Source: a phage. From it: a DNA stretch of 64,000 bases. This document shows, piece by piece, positions 29,731 through 39,523 of the stretch; position 1 is the stretch's first letter, and each line of letters starts with the position of its first letter. The position numbers were made by a program, and so were the translations under genes. The notes below the pieces were generated by a model that was not told the DNA's origin, did not search any database, and saw nothing but the letters and a program-made list of their open reading frames with translations. The stretch lies in the sequence record NC_100371.1. One strand, 5' to 3'.

Positions 29731-32067
29731 TTACCAAAGATCTGTTGACATAAAGTTAATATCTTTGTTGTTCTCCCACTCAAGTTTTGCATCAATTATT
29801 TTGTTAAACTCGCCCTCATTTATTGAAATAGTGATTTTCCCATCACTGATCTCTAAAGGTAGCATTTCCATAGTTCTTAATTGAGAAGCAAAACCAGGGC
29901 CACCTGGCAACGGAAGAGTACCGCCAAGTAAGGTGTCCAAAGGATCAACAAACCCGTTACCTCCCGATATGATATCTTTGCGAATCATATCGCTGATAGT
30001 ATCCAGTTGCTGATTTCTCTCACTCAGTGGGTTGAAACGGTCATTAAATAACTCTCCGGCGCTCAATATTGTACCGATAATACCCAGCTTACCAAGCAGG
30101 CCAACTTTACCACCAGGTGTCTTGAGGCCACCTCCACCTTTTCCTGCCGCGCCACCACCACCAGATCCTTCTGCAGTAGCTGCACCTGCTGCTCCAGCTG
30201 CGCCTCTTATAGAGCTAAGGAATTTAAAGGTTTTTACAAGCATAGATGCCATGACAAAACCTTTTGTTAGGGCGTTGACGACCAGCATGATGGCAGCAGC
30301 AAAACCTGCCCATTTAGCATAACTAAAGGTGTCATGAAGCTCTTCAGAATATTCCTTCGTCTTAGCTGTTATGAATCCCCATTTAATCCCCCATTCAAGG
30401 AAAAACAGGCGGATCTTGACTATGGTATTGTTTAGTTCACCAACTACCCAGTTGAGGCCTCTCACAAACCCGCTAACAAAATCACCAGAGGCATCCCACA
30501 CAAATTGCAAAGTCTCACCAGTGCGAATCAGTGTATAATAGAACTCTGTTAGTTCGTCAGCCCAACGGGTGAACAGTTTCTGACGGGACAGTTCGATGAA
30601 GGTTTTCAGCCTGTTTTCTGCCAACACGTTAGACTTCTGCATTCTCTCATAACCAGCTGCAGATGCCTCGTTCATGTACTTAGCCACATACTTCATGATC
30701 TTGGCTGTTTTAACCTCGCCTTTCTTCATCATGTCCATGAACTGATCCATGGAGAGTTCAGAAAGACCAAAAGCCTCTTTGGTGGCCTTGATAAAAGGTT
30801 CATATGCCCCAGGTAACGCTTCAGCAAGCTGTTGCTTAAGTTCTTCGGACATTACCTGCCCTTTACCGAGCATTTGCTGGATTGCCATAATACCGCGCTG
30901 GTATTTTACCTCATCAGCACCATAAGCAGCAGCATACTGGGAGTATGCAGAGAATAGCTCATGGACCTCTTGGTTTGTCATCTGGTTTTTGGCGTTTACC
31001 GCCATCTGGGCGTAACCTTGAAGACCAGATTTGAGATCAAAACCAAGACGCATAGCCTCTTGCTGGACAAACGCAACCTCACTGTTGGCTTTGTTTGGAT
31101 CTCCAGTAACAGCAGTAAGAGCAGCACTTGCCCCCTCCATCATGTGACCAGATCTGTTCACAGCAGTAAATCCAGAGAAAGCCGTATACGCAGCTGTTGC
31201 ATTAATAACAGATCTACGTAAGTCTCTCATGGCATCGCCTAGTGTAAGCGTTTGGCTGGTGGCGCTTTTAAATCCAGACTGCAGCGCTGACAGGTGGGCG
31301 TTAAAGGTTGACTTTTTCATCTCTCCGCGAGCAAACCTAGACTCTAACTCTGAGTATCCAGGCAAGCTTCCACGGAATCCGGCTCCATACTTGGCAGAAA
31401 GTCTTATTGCAGAGTTGTAGAGGTGGGTTCTCCTTGCCTCACGATCCGACATAAGCCTATTATCCATACCAGCTTTACTGTCCCTTCTTAGCTGTCTATG
31501 ATAACGATTCATAGCTGCTGTCTGAGCTTTCACAAGGTTAGGGTCGGAAGCCACACCACCCATATTAGGGTTACCGGGGATATACTTGAAAGATTTGGCA
31601 TTAGCCAAAACTCTTGCCTTAGGTGCCTTATAACCGCCGTAAGACACTGGTGCAGATTTGGCAACCTTTTTGGCCTCTTTAGCTTGCTGCTGGTAGAACT
31701 TACGCATCCTAGCCATTTCTGGATTTTTAGCGGTAAGATTACCTACAGCTTGTTTACGTCTCGCGTTCTCCCTACGTTCTATTGCAGCCCTTACTGCAGC
31801 CTCTTTCTTGGCTTGTGTTACGCTCTCCCTGTGCAGTTTAGCATTTGCCTGAGATTGCTGTCTGGCAACCCGCTGCATTGTTTGCTGGGTTTTAACAGCC
31901 ACTGCCTGCCATCTACTCATTGGGTTGGCTGAGTTAAAATCCTCGCCCAGTTTCCTGAACTCCCTCCCAATACTGCGAATTTTCTCTACAGCTTTTTTGT
32001 AGGAGGAGTTCTCTATCTCAAAGCCAATCTTGTTGACTGTTGTGGCAACTATTTTGTTTGTAGCCAT
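29731..32067 (-). CDS. tail tape measure protein (778 aa)
   Basis: Alpha-helical Ala/Gln/Lys-rich N-terminal half, hydrophobic segments, Gly-rich tract (GAAGAAGAATAEGSGGGGAAGKGGGG); preceded by chaperone pair. Confidence 0.7.
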   Translation of the reverse strand: MATNKIVATTVNKIGFEIENSSYKKAVEKIRSIGREFRKLGEDFNSANPMSRWQAVAVKTQQTMQRVARQQSQANAKLHRESVTQAKKEAAVRAAIERRENARRKQAVGNLTAKNPEMARMRKFYQQQAKEAKKVAKSAPVSYGGYKAPKARVLANAKSFKYIPGNPNMGGVASDPNLVKAQTAAMNRYHRQLRRDSKAGMDNRLMSDREARRTHLYNSAIRLSAKYGAGFRGSLPGYSELESRFARGEMKKSTFNAHLSALQSGFKSATSQTLTLGDAMRDLRRSVINATAAYTAFSGFTAVNRSGHMMEGASAALTAVTGDPNKANSEVAFVQQEAMRLGFDLKSGLQGYAQMAVNAKNQMTNQEVHELFSAYSQYAAAYGADEVKYQRGIMAIQQMLGKGQVMSEELKQQLAEALPGAYEPFIKATKEAFGLSELSMDQFMDMMKKGEVKTAKIMKYVAKYMNEASAAGYERMQKSNVLAENRLKTFIELSRQKLFTRWADELTEFYYTLIRTGETLQFVWDASGDFVSGFVRGLNWVVGELNNTIVKIRLFFLEWGIKWGFITAKTKEYSEELHDTFSYAKWAGFAAAIMLVVNALTKGFVMASMLVKTFKFLSSIRGAAGAAGAATAEGSGGGGAAGKGGGGLKTPGGKVGLLGKLGIIGTILSAGELFNDRFNPLSERNQQLDTISDMIRKDIISGGNGFVDPLDTLLGGTLPLPGGPGFASQLRTMEMLPLEISDGKITISINEGEFNKIIDAKLEWENNKDINFMSTDLW

Positions 32068-32085
32068 GCTTTCCTCATAATAAAA

Positions 32086-32117
32086 AGGGCCAGATCCCAG
32101 AAAAGGAATCCGGCCCT
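32086..32117 (-). terminator. hairpin/attenuator between chaperone genes and tape measure gene
   Basis: AGGGCC...GGCCCU stem with 20-nt loop followed by UUUUAUUAUGAGGAAAGC-AUG (tape measure RBS/start) on minus strand. Confidence 0.4.
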
Positions 32118-32121
32118 TAGA

Positions 32122-32370
32122 TTATCCTCTCCTGCGCTTAGCTTTCGCAGCAGCTGCGGCAGCCTTCTGCTCCCGCTCCATTTCCCTGTTTTGGACGGTA
32201 TCTAGGAATTCTTCGATATCAAGATACTCACAGAGCTTCAGGAAATACGCCATATCTGCAAGATTTAGCGATTCAAAATTTTCCCCTTTGAAATTCTTGA
32301 GCACCCTGCACCAAAGAAAGTCGAACCAGTTAAGTGAACTGTTCTTGGCTGCCCACTCACTGGCCCTCAC
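32122..32370 (-). CDS. tail assembly chaperone, -1 frame extension (T-like part of a G/GT pair)
   Basis: ORF in -1 frame relative to 32382..32855; its frame stays open upstream across the slippery site near 32481-32490; C-terminus Ala/Lys/Arg-rich. Confidence 0.5.
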   Translation of the reverse strand: MRASEWAAKNSSLNWFDFLWCRVLKNFKGENFESLNLADMAYFLKLCEYLDIEEFLDTVQNREMEREQKAAAAAAKAKRRRG

Positions 32371-32381
32371 AACAACCTTGC

Positions 32382-32855
32382 TTATTCCTGCTCTTCCGGA
32401 GTCTGATCCAGATTGTTCACCTGCTGGATCATACCCATCTGCTGTAACATCTCCAGAAGGCTTCCTAAACCGTCTTGTGTGAAAAAACAGCCGTAGTTAA
32501 CCTCCAGAACCTTACCTGCCAGCTTAATCATCTCCAGCAGATGCCCTGCAAACACAACATCAGGGTTAAGCTTATCCACACCATCCACGGTAATATCTTC
32601 GAACAAGATTTTAAATAACTCTTCAATAGAGTTATCATCAAGTTCTTGGAACAGGTAAGCCAGGGCTGTAGGAAGGACCTCTGCCATATTCTGACCGCCT
32701 GAGAGAATAGATCCACCGATAGCACCTAGTGGGACAGCCACAATCTTACCGATTTTAGGCATGTTTTTCATTGCTTTCATCGGTCCCCAGTGAGTGATCA
32801 CAAAGTTGTGCCCTGCTAAATCAATCTCTGTTGTAGGTCTAAAGTTTATAGCCAT
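32382..32855 (-). CDS. tail assembly chaperone (G-like, 157 aa)
   Basis: Acidic ORF between tube-like gene and tape measure gene; contains slippery UUUUUUC near its 3' end. Confidence 0.55.
   Translation of the reverse strand: MAINFRPTTEIDLAGHNFVITHWGPMKAMKNMPKIGKIVAVPLGAIGGSILSGGQNMAEVLPTALAYLFQELDDNSIEELFKILFEDITVDGVDKLNPDVVFAGHLLEMIKLAGKVLEVNYGCFFTQDGLGSLLEMLQQMGMIQQVNNLDQTPEEQE
32481..32490 (-). promoter_or_regulatory. candidate -1 programmed ribosomal frameshift site (U UUU UUC)
   Basis: Minus strand reads GGC UGU UUU UUC ACA in frame of 32382..32855; the -1 frame is open from here into 32122..32370. Confidence 0.45.
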
Positions 32856-33018
32856 TTTATAGCATCCTTATTAGTCATGTTGTGCACCATATTTGTGTAT
32901 TTTACCATGATTATAATGCATTGTCAATTTAACCTTTCAAGCAATCCAAAAATGGTGTGTCAAAACCATAAAAGCAAAAAGCCCCACCCGAAGGTGAGGC
33001 TTATACTAAAGTGTGCCC

Positions 33019-33492
33019 TTAGATAATGCCTGCAAGACCTGCGAGGCCAGTGAGAGCACCAGTGATGTTGTCACGGTTGAGCCATGCATCCAGAATACCG
33101 ATATCCCAGTCCAGCTGACCTACTTCGGTTCCGTAAGTGAGGTCAGGCTGTTTTTGGATCCAACCGATTGTAGCAATACCAGGACCCTGGCTACCTTCCA
33201 GCAGAACCGGGAAGAATACCAGACCAGTAATAGATGCCTGTTTCTGCCAGTCAGAAAGGTAAGCGTTCCATACAGAAGTGTTCTGCAAAGACACAGTCAT
33301 AACACCGGATTGGTTACGAGACAGGGCCGCAGACATTTCGCCATCCACACCAACATGAGGGTAGATGTTGTCTTCGTTTCTTGAAACAACGATCTTGGTG
33401 TCAGCAGCGAAGCCAGTGACACGCTGCTGCATCAGGTACAGTTTGACCTTTTTAGGGTCATAAGCATAAGGAGTTAAAATTTGAGTTTCCAT
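33019..33492 (-). CDS. tail tube-like protein (157 aa)
   Basis: Small ORF directly downstream of sheath-like gene and upstream of chaperones/tape measure; size typical of tube proteins. Confidence 0.45.
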   Translation of the reverse strand: METQILTPYAYDPKKVKLYLMQQRVTGFAADTKIVVSRNEDNIYPHVGVDGEMSAALSRNQSGVMTVSLQNTSVWNAYLSDWQKQASITGLVFFPVLLEGSQGPGIATIGWIQKQPDLTYGTEVGQLDWDIGILDAWLNRDNITGALTGLAGLAGII

Positions 33493-33502
33493 CTAGTCTT
33501 CC

Positions 33503-34879
33503 TTATTCAGTCATTGCAACAGCATTGGTGGATTTAGAACCAACTTTGTCCAGAAGGACGTTGATCCGGATACGAACGAAGTGCAGGGCGTTGTTATACA
33601 CCAGTTCTACTTTCACACCTTCCAGAACACGAGCAGCCAACTGATTGGTTGGGATCTCTGCACGTTTAGGAACTGTGATAATCGGGTCGTAGAACACATT
33701 GTTGTCTTCGTCAAAACCTGTCAGGATCGCGCCATTCTTAATGCCAGTATTGATCGGGTTGTTCATCAGAACAGACTTGATAACCGGAAGATCATCATCA
33801 GACATCTTCATGCTTAAACCCATATTGGAGCGGCGATGCATGTACCCAAACATGGATTCTTCAGATCTGAACTTGATCCAGTGTGCAAAACGAATAGCGT
33901 CTGCATACTGACCTGAAGCACACTTACCTTCCCAGAAAGCGCCAACACCGTTAATCATTCTGTAGAAGTTAACGTGGTTTTCCCAAATCGCCATACGCTG
34001 AGTTAAAGTCAGAGATGGTGCAATCACACCCGGCATCTGTTTTAAGTGCAAGCTGTCACCGTAGGACGGATCGTTGGATGCCATAGCACCTATGATACCA
34101 CCCTCCGGGAAGTCCTTATCTGCACGAGGATCGTACATGCCAACACTGTCATATTGTGCAGCTTTCAGTTTGGTAGCGATGTTGCTATCTTTGCCAGTCA
34201 CATCTTCTGCAGTAGAGTAGACGTGCAGCTTGTAGTTGGCCTGAGCCCACTTAGCACATGCTTCAATGTCGGTGTGGTCTTCATGGCACAGGAAGTACCA
34301 ATTGTCCCGCTCAGCATTGATCTTATCAACTACTGTAGAAGGTTTTTCAGAATTGGCGATATTCTTGATTGTATAGTTACCAGTATGATAACCAACAGTG
34401 CAGTTACCAGTGATGGTGATAACACCTTCTTCAGCCTCTACAGTGATACCGTCCAAATTATCATCTGCTTCGATTTTAGTCTTCATTGACTCTGCAATCT
34501 GAGTTGCACCTGTTCCACCAGAGATAGGCACTATCAGAGAGGTATTGTAGCCACCTTTTGCAATAGTCATTACGACATCGGTATCGGCTGCGGCAGCAAT
34601 ACCTTTAAAGTCTACAGTGGTTTTTTCTTTGGCCTGTCTGCCGATCATAACATATTGTGGAGGGAATACACCACCAAAAGCTTTTGCTGCAAACTCATAC
34701 GCTGCAGAGCCTTGTGCGAAACCATCTTCCACCATCTGATCCAGCTCCGCATATACGCGAGCTCGCTCAGTAAAGTTGTTGTGGATAGCGATGAACAGGG
34801 GAGTTTCGAAACCTACAGTGTCAATAGGTTGGGTTCCGAGGTTAACTGTAACATCTACCACTTTATCTAAATATGGCAT
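33503..34879 (-). CDS. tail sheath-like protein (458 aa)
   Basis: Size and position (neck genes, then this, then tube-like gene, chaperones, tape measure) match contractile-tail gene order; no motif confirmation. Confidence 0.45.
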   Translation of the reverse strand: MPYLDKVVDVTVNLGTQPIDTVGFETPLFIAIHNNFTERARVYAELDQMVEDGFAQGSAAYEFAAKAFGGVFPPQYVMIGRQAKEKTTVDFKGIAAAADTDVVMTIAKGGYNTSLIVPISGGTGATQIAESMKTKIEADDNLDGITVEAEEGVITITGNCTVGYHTGNYTIKNIANSEKPSTVVDKINAERDNWYFLCHEDHTDIEACAKWAQANYKLHVYSTAEDVTGKDSNIATKLKAAQYDSVGMYDPRADKDFPEGGIIGAMASNDPSYGDSLHLKQMPGVIAPSLTLTQRMAIWENHVNFYRMINGVGAFWEGKCASGQYADAIRFAHWIKFRSEESMFGYMHRRSNMGLSMKMSDDDLPVIKSVLMNNPINTGIKNGAILTGFDEDNNVFYDPIITVPKRAEIPTNQLAARVLEGVKVELVYNNALHFVRIRINVLLDKVGSKSTNAVAMTE

Positions 34880-34951
34880 TTGTTTCCTCTTAATATCTGT
34901 GCACGGATATCAAACACGCAGTGTAATCATTACACTACACAATTATAACGA

Positions 34952-35503
34952 TTACTGACCACTGTCTGTAACCGCTTTACCAGAATTGGGTGAAGGGAAG
35001 TGTGTGGTTATTTCAGCCTTAATTCCCTGAAGATCCTCAAAAGCCCCAATGTCTGTCTCAACAAACCTTACGTTAAATGTCAGCATTACGGTGGCTCTAT
35101 TTTCATACGTCTGCTTATTCAACGGCACCCTTTGAGGTGAAATTGTTGAATTGTTAGAGTAGGCAAAGCACGATCCCAGAGGGAAATACTTGTCATAAAA
35201 CATTGGAAGGTTTATTGCTTGCAATACTCTGCTAAGTGCAGCATATGCCCTGCCGCGATAAGCTGTTAACAGATAAGAAACAGTGTAACTGTGGGTGACG
35301 TAAGCATTACCCTCCGCATCTTGAAACTCATTATCTTCCCAAGTGGTGGGATTGATCGCCAGGGTTTGCAAAAGTACAAACTCACCTTCCGGCTTCGGTA
35401 TGGTAGAGCTTTCTGCCAGAACTACAGTTCTTCCTGTGGCAACCTTGACAAGCTTAGCGATGGTTGTTTCAAGATCAGAAAAAACTTTTTCGAAAGCTTC
35501 CAT
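34952..35503 (-). CDS. neck / tail completion protein (183 aa)
   Basis: ORF between head and tail modules. Confidence 0.3.
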   Translation of the reverse strand: MEAFEKVFSDLETTIAKLVKVATGRTVVLAESSTIPKPEGEFVLLQTLAINPTTWEDNEFQDAEGNAYVTHSYTVSYLLTAYRGRAYAALSRVLQAINLPMFYDKYFPLGSCFAYSNNSTISPQRVPLNKQTYENRATVMLTFNVRFVETDIGAFEDLQGIKAEITTHFPSPNSGKAVTDSGQ

Positions 35504-35928
35504 CAGTTTTCTCCTTCAGGCTCTTCTACCACAAAAAATCTATATCTTCCACCACCAGACGTGACATAAGCATCACATTTTAAAACGGTAAACCACTTCA
35601 GGTCACCACGGATGTCAGGCAGTTGAATTTGATCAGCCATTGCATATGTTCCTTCGTCTGGACTATACAACCTGGTTGAGGAGTAAACTGTAAAAGCCTC
35701 GTACTGTCTGTCACCCTCAGGATTTATTTGAGAGGAGTAATCTTTAGCTGCCCTTCCTGTCAACGGCTGCACAACACATTCTAAGACATCAAACTCTTCA
35801 TACTCAAGTTCTAACCCCTCGTTAGCAAAAGGACCACCAACTGTTTTGTTATACACTCTGTGGCGACCTTTGAATGTTTTGCGAGGTATTAGCCTGTTCT
35901 TTCCTATCAGCTTATAACCTGCTGCCAC
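35503..35928 (-). CDS. neck / head-tail joining protein (141 aa)
   Basis: ORF with overlapping start/stop with neighbour, between head and tail modules. Confidence 0.3.
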   Translation of the reverse strand: MAAGYKLIGKNRLIPRKTFKGRHRVYNKTVGGPFANEGLELEYEEFDVLECVVQPLTGRAAKDYSSQINPEGDRQYEAFTVYSSTRLYSPDEGTYAMADQIQLPDIRGDLKWFTVLKCDAYVTSGGGRYRFFVVEEPEGEN

Positions 35929-35943
35929 TCAACCCCCTTATTT

Positions 35944-36414
35944 TTACTGTCCAATTTTAAAGGTTGCAGATTCAAGCAGCACATCGTAATGCCGCATAGC
36001 CTCGTTGAAGCCCTTCTCTTGTGCCCACTGCTCACTAACAGTGGGGTTACTAAACTGACCAGCCTCAATAACAAACTGGATAGCTTTGGCCCCTGTATCC
36101 CCCATCTGCCTAAGAACAGCCTCTGCACTTGATCCTCTAGCCATAGCTCTCAACAATTTTTCTGTTAAGGTCTGCAGTTGCGTGCTGTGAAATGCAAAGG
36201 CCGTCTCCATGAAATTGCGAACAGGCAGCCCGTTCCAACCGAAGTTGTGAATAGCTGCCAATGTTGCCATATTTAAGCCTGACGGGTGAGGTTCATCATA
36301 AAAGCCGTAGGTTATTGTTTTGCTTTCAAGTTTCACAAGGTCTTTATAAAAGCGATCTAAACGCTTTAGGTTGAACCTTGTTTGACATTTAACCTTTAGC
36401 ATTATATTCCTCAC
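35944..36414 (-). CDS. head completion / neck protein (156 aa)
   Basis: ORF between head and tail modules. Confidence 0.3.
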   Translation of the reverse strand: MRNIMLKVKCQTRFNLKRLDRFYKDLVKLESKTITYGFYDEPHPSGLNMATLAAIHNFGWNGLPVRNFMETAFAFHSTQLQTLTEKLLRAMARGSSAEAVLRQMGDTGAKAIQFVIEAGQFSNPTVSEQWAQEKGFNEAMRHYDVLLESATFKIGQ

Positions 36415-36455
36415 TAATGTATTTTACCACAAAGATACATCAAAAGCAACAATTT

Positions 36456-37133
36456 TTAAAAACTGCGTTTGCGTCTTGGGTGGCGAGGAGGTTGATTATT
36501 TAGACCACTGATAGGTGTAATCCCTTGAACATCGAACGGGCCGTTACTGTTTTCATTAAATTTAACCCGAATTCCCTCGTCTACACGAACACCGCCGATG
36601 ATAATCATTCTGCTATAAGCATCTAGCTCAGAGTCTACATAATCTGGGTGTGCCAGCAGCCAATCAAGAAAATCTTTCCACTGGGCGTAGGAAGATCCAC
36701 CACGAATCTCTATGGTCTCATCACCTATTTTTTCCAGACGAGAAGTTATACTTGCATTACCACTAGAAACTTCCTGCATCATCAGCCACCGCACAAGCTG
36801 CACAAGCACATTGTACTTAAGCAGGGGTAGCTTATCGGGGTCTGCCGGATAGTTTAGTTTCAGCTTCTCCATGTCAAGGAATGTTTTAATTACCTCATCA
36901 GGGAGTGTTTCCTCATCAACATTGCCAAGCAATAACCTCATAATATCGATAAGAGGTTGGTCTGGATCAGGTTCCGGAGGCACAGGATCTTCTTTTGGTG
37001 GTTCTTCTGGGGTATCGACTACACCATCATGGTTAGGCGGTGACGGGATAATCTCTTCATCTTCATACCATGCCATTTGAAAATACCTCGTAAAAATAAA
37101 GCCCCATTCCTGATTTGGAAGGGGCCTTAACAA
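36456..37133 (-). CDS. hypothetical head-associated protein (225 aa)
   Basis: Acidic Pro-rich ORF downstream of capsid gene. Confidence 0.3.
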   Translation of the reverse strand: MLRPLPNQEWGFIFTRYFQMAWYEDEEIIPSPPNHDGVVDTPEEPPKEDPVPPEPDPDQPLIDIMRLLLGNVDEETLPDEVIKTFLDMEKLKLNYPADPDKLPLLKYNVLVQLVRWLMMQEVSSGNASITSRLEKIGDETIEIRGGSSYAQWKDFLDWLLAHPDYVDSELDAYSRMIIIGGVRVDEGIRVKFNENSNGPFDVQGITPISGLNNQPPRHPRRKRSF

Positions 37134-37135
37134 AA

Positions 37136-37990
37136 TTATGCCAGTGCAGCCTCAAAATCTTTCATCATATTTTGGAAAGTTTTTGCCTTACTTAAGGTAA
37201 CACCGTGCTCTTTAGCGAAGGTTTGGAGTGCATCTTTCGAACCACTCTTGTCATCTTCGTTGTTAAGAGCTGCGGCTTGCTGCAGTATGGCATCAACATC
37301 GCCGTGAGAAGATCTTGATTCTTGTGCCTGTTCAGGATCCTGCTCAGTACCTTCCGTACCCTCCGGTGCGGTCGGACCCGGTGATTCCTCACTGCCACCA
37401 CCAGGTTCAGTAGGGCCTACAGGTGGCTCCGGCTCTGGTTCAGGTTCTGGGGCTACTGTAGAAGTCAGACCAAGATTTACAACCTGAGAACGTTTCTTAG
37501 GCCACTCAATGGTGAAAGTCTGGGTATCTTCTGCATAAGCAACATCGCATTGCTCATCGTTTATGGTCACTTTTTTGGGCATCCCTTCAGGGTCCCACAG
37601 ATGACCTTCTGCCACTGAAACTTTGAAAGCGGCATCTACCTCTTTAAACACTGACGGGGTGAGTGTGATATTGACATCACCGCTTTGCAGTGTTAAAGTG
37701 CTTTCATCAAGGTTCTCTGTGAAGAACAGAAGAATAACACCCATACGGATAGTTGAGATACCAGTATCAATTGGCAGGCCTGTGTGTTTTGCAATCTTCT
37801 CGAAGAAGTCTACAATCGTTCTGCACGGATAGTGAACACTGCCAATAACGAATTCTGTTGGTGGCAGCAGGGCTGATAAACCAACATTGATTTCTGGATT
37901 GTATTGTGCTAAAAATTGATAAAAACTTAACTGATTGTTGAAAACTCTTAATAGAGGATCATACTCGACTGGATATACGGCTCTCTTCAC
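37136..37990 (-). CDS. hypothetical head-associated protein with PEPEPEPEP linker (284 aa)
   Basis: ORF downstream of major capsid gene; low-complexity Pro/Glu linker and acidic tail. Confidence 0.3.
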   Translation of the reverse strand: MKRAVYPVEYDPLLRVFNNQLSFYQFLAQYNPEINVGLSALLPPTEFVIGSVHYPCRTIVDFFEKIAKHTGLPIDTGISTIRMGVILLFFTENLDESTLTLQSGDVNITLTPSVFKEVDAAFKVSVAEGHLWDPEGMPKKVTINDEQCDVAYAEDTQTFTIEWPKKRSQVVNLGLTSTVAPEPEPEPEPPVGPTEPGGGSEESPGPTAPEGTEGTEQDPEQAQESRSSHGDVDAILQQAAALNNEDDKSGSKDALQTFAKEHGVTLSKAKTFQNMMKDFEAALA

Positions 37991-38016
37991 GGGACACTCC
38001 TGTTAAACCCTAATAA

Positions 38017-38046
38017 GTAAAAAGGGGAGGGGAGAACCCCCTCCCC
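38017..38046 (-). terminator. strong intrinsic terminator (minus strand) after major capsid gene
   Basis: GGGGAGGGG-AGAA-CCCCCUCCCC hairpin (written as on plus strand) followed on minus strand by UUUUUACUU. Confidence 0.65.
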
Positions 38047-38070
38047 ATATGGGATGAATCACATTAGTGA

Positions 38071-39093
38071 TTATTCACTTTTCAGAGTTACTTTAACAAC
38101 CAGCTCTGGGCGGGTGTTAACTGCCAGCATGGAAGTTTCAGATTCGATTTTCTGTTCTCTCAGGTAGGCAGAGTGTTTATACCACATATACAGCTCTTGA
38201 GCTGGGGTATTTGCATCTTCCAGAGTGTCAGCCGGAGCAAAGTGCAGCTGGAACATCTGATCGATACCCATAGGCATCAGACGAGCCTCACCGTCCGGAA
38301 TGTTGCCAGAGATGTCTTCGATGAAGGTCATACCCTTGTGTTCAAACACACGGTAAATGCTCTGTTCACCACCTGCACCCAGACGACGACGCAGCGGTTC
38401 CTGAGAAGAGCTGTAGTAGGTGTAAGCCAGCTCTACCAGCGGGTGATGAACCAGTGCTGAGAAGAATTTCGGAGAGCACAGCGCGATGATGTTGTAAGCA
38501 CCAGCGTTGTCACCAGCCTGCAGAGCAATGTGCAGACGTGCATCTTCGATTACTTCCATCGGGTCCTGTGCTGCATTTTTAGGATCGATTTCGATAGATT
38601 TCTGGGAAACGCCCCACAGTTTGTAATAGTCATACTGACAGGTGGTGTCGCCAGGGGCATATGATTTACCCAGAACTGCAGCAAACAGTGCTTTTTCACG
38701 CAGAGTTTCGTGGGTCAGACGGATACGACGAACCACACGGGTAACTACGTCCTGAACAGTTTTCGGTGCATCAGGGGTGAAGTAGCGACGGAAGTTCTGA
38801 ACATCCGCAGCGGTGATGCCTTTATCCAGCGGGAAGAACGGGATGTTCAGGTTTTTGATCTGAGCACGTTCGCTACCAACGTAGTTACGTTCACCACCAC
38901 GGCGACGTGCAGCAATATCACCAACCACTTCATCTACACGTTCAATCTGTGCGATTGTTGAGGTGCCTAGATGAGTTTCAAACAGATCCATACCAGTGAT
39001 CAGTCGGAATTGGCGCGGAACCAGTTCAAGAGTAGCACCTAAATCAACAATACCAAAATCATCTTTACGGGTGTTAGCCATTATTTTCTCCAA
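38071..39093 (-). CDS. major capsid protein (340 aa)
   Basis: Order scaffold-decoration-this gene as in lambda Nu3-D-E; size like HK97-fold capsid proteins; strong terminator follows. Confidence 0.6.
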   Translation of the reverse strand: MEKIMANTRKDDFGIVDLGATLELVPRQFRLITGMDLFETHLGTSTIAQIERVDEVVGDIAARRRGGERNYVGSERAQIKNLNIPFFPLDKGITAADVQNFRRYFTPDAPKTVQDVVTRVVRRIRLTHETLREKALFAAVLGKSYAPGDTTCQYDYYKLWGVSQKSIEIDPKNAAQDPMEVIEDARLHIALQAGDNAGAYNIIALCSPKFFSALVHHPLVELAYTYYSSSQEPLRRRLGAGGEQSIYRVFEHKGMTFIEDISGNIPDGEARLMPMGIDQMFQLHFAPADTLEDANTPAQELYMWYKHSAYLREQKIESETSMLAVNTRPELVVKVTLKSE

Positions 39094-39127
39094 ATAACTT
39101 TAAAATTTATTTCCCAAAGATCTAGGA

Positions 39128-39502
39128 TTATTCCTGAACTTTGTTGCCTTTGGCTTCAAGCTCTGCCAGAACTGCTTCAGCTGCCGCTGTGCCGCCAGCA
39201 ACTTTCAAATGAGCTTTAGCGAAGGTTACACCGCGAACAGCAACAACCAGCTTGTACTTCTCGCCAACTTTCAGCGGTTCTGCAAGATTTACACGACCAG
39301 CAGAGTCGGGCAGAAGCGCACGGTCAACCAGCACACCAAAGGTGTCTGAACCATCTTGATTAGCCAGAGTACCGGTTTTGGTAACTACTGCGCCAGCAAC
39401 GTGATCAGCAGTGAGAGTGATTTCAATTTCTTTAAAGTTGAAACCTGCATCGCTAGAATCAACTTTGCCGAGCACGATATCAGAATATTGAGTGGTGATC
39501 AT
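39128..39502 (-). CDS. head decoration protein-like (124 aa)
   Basis: Small Gly/Ala/Val-rich ORF between scaffold and capsid genes. Confidence 0.45.
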   Translation of the reverse strand: MITTQYSDIVLGKVDSSDAGFNFKEIEITLTADHVAGAVVTKTGTLANQDGSDTFGVLVDRALLPDSAGRVNLAEPLKVGEKYKLVVAVRGVTFAKAHLKVAGGTAAAEAVLAELEAKGNKVQE

Positions 39503-39523
39503 TATTTTCCCCTATTAAACAAA

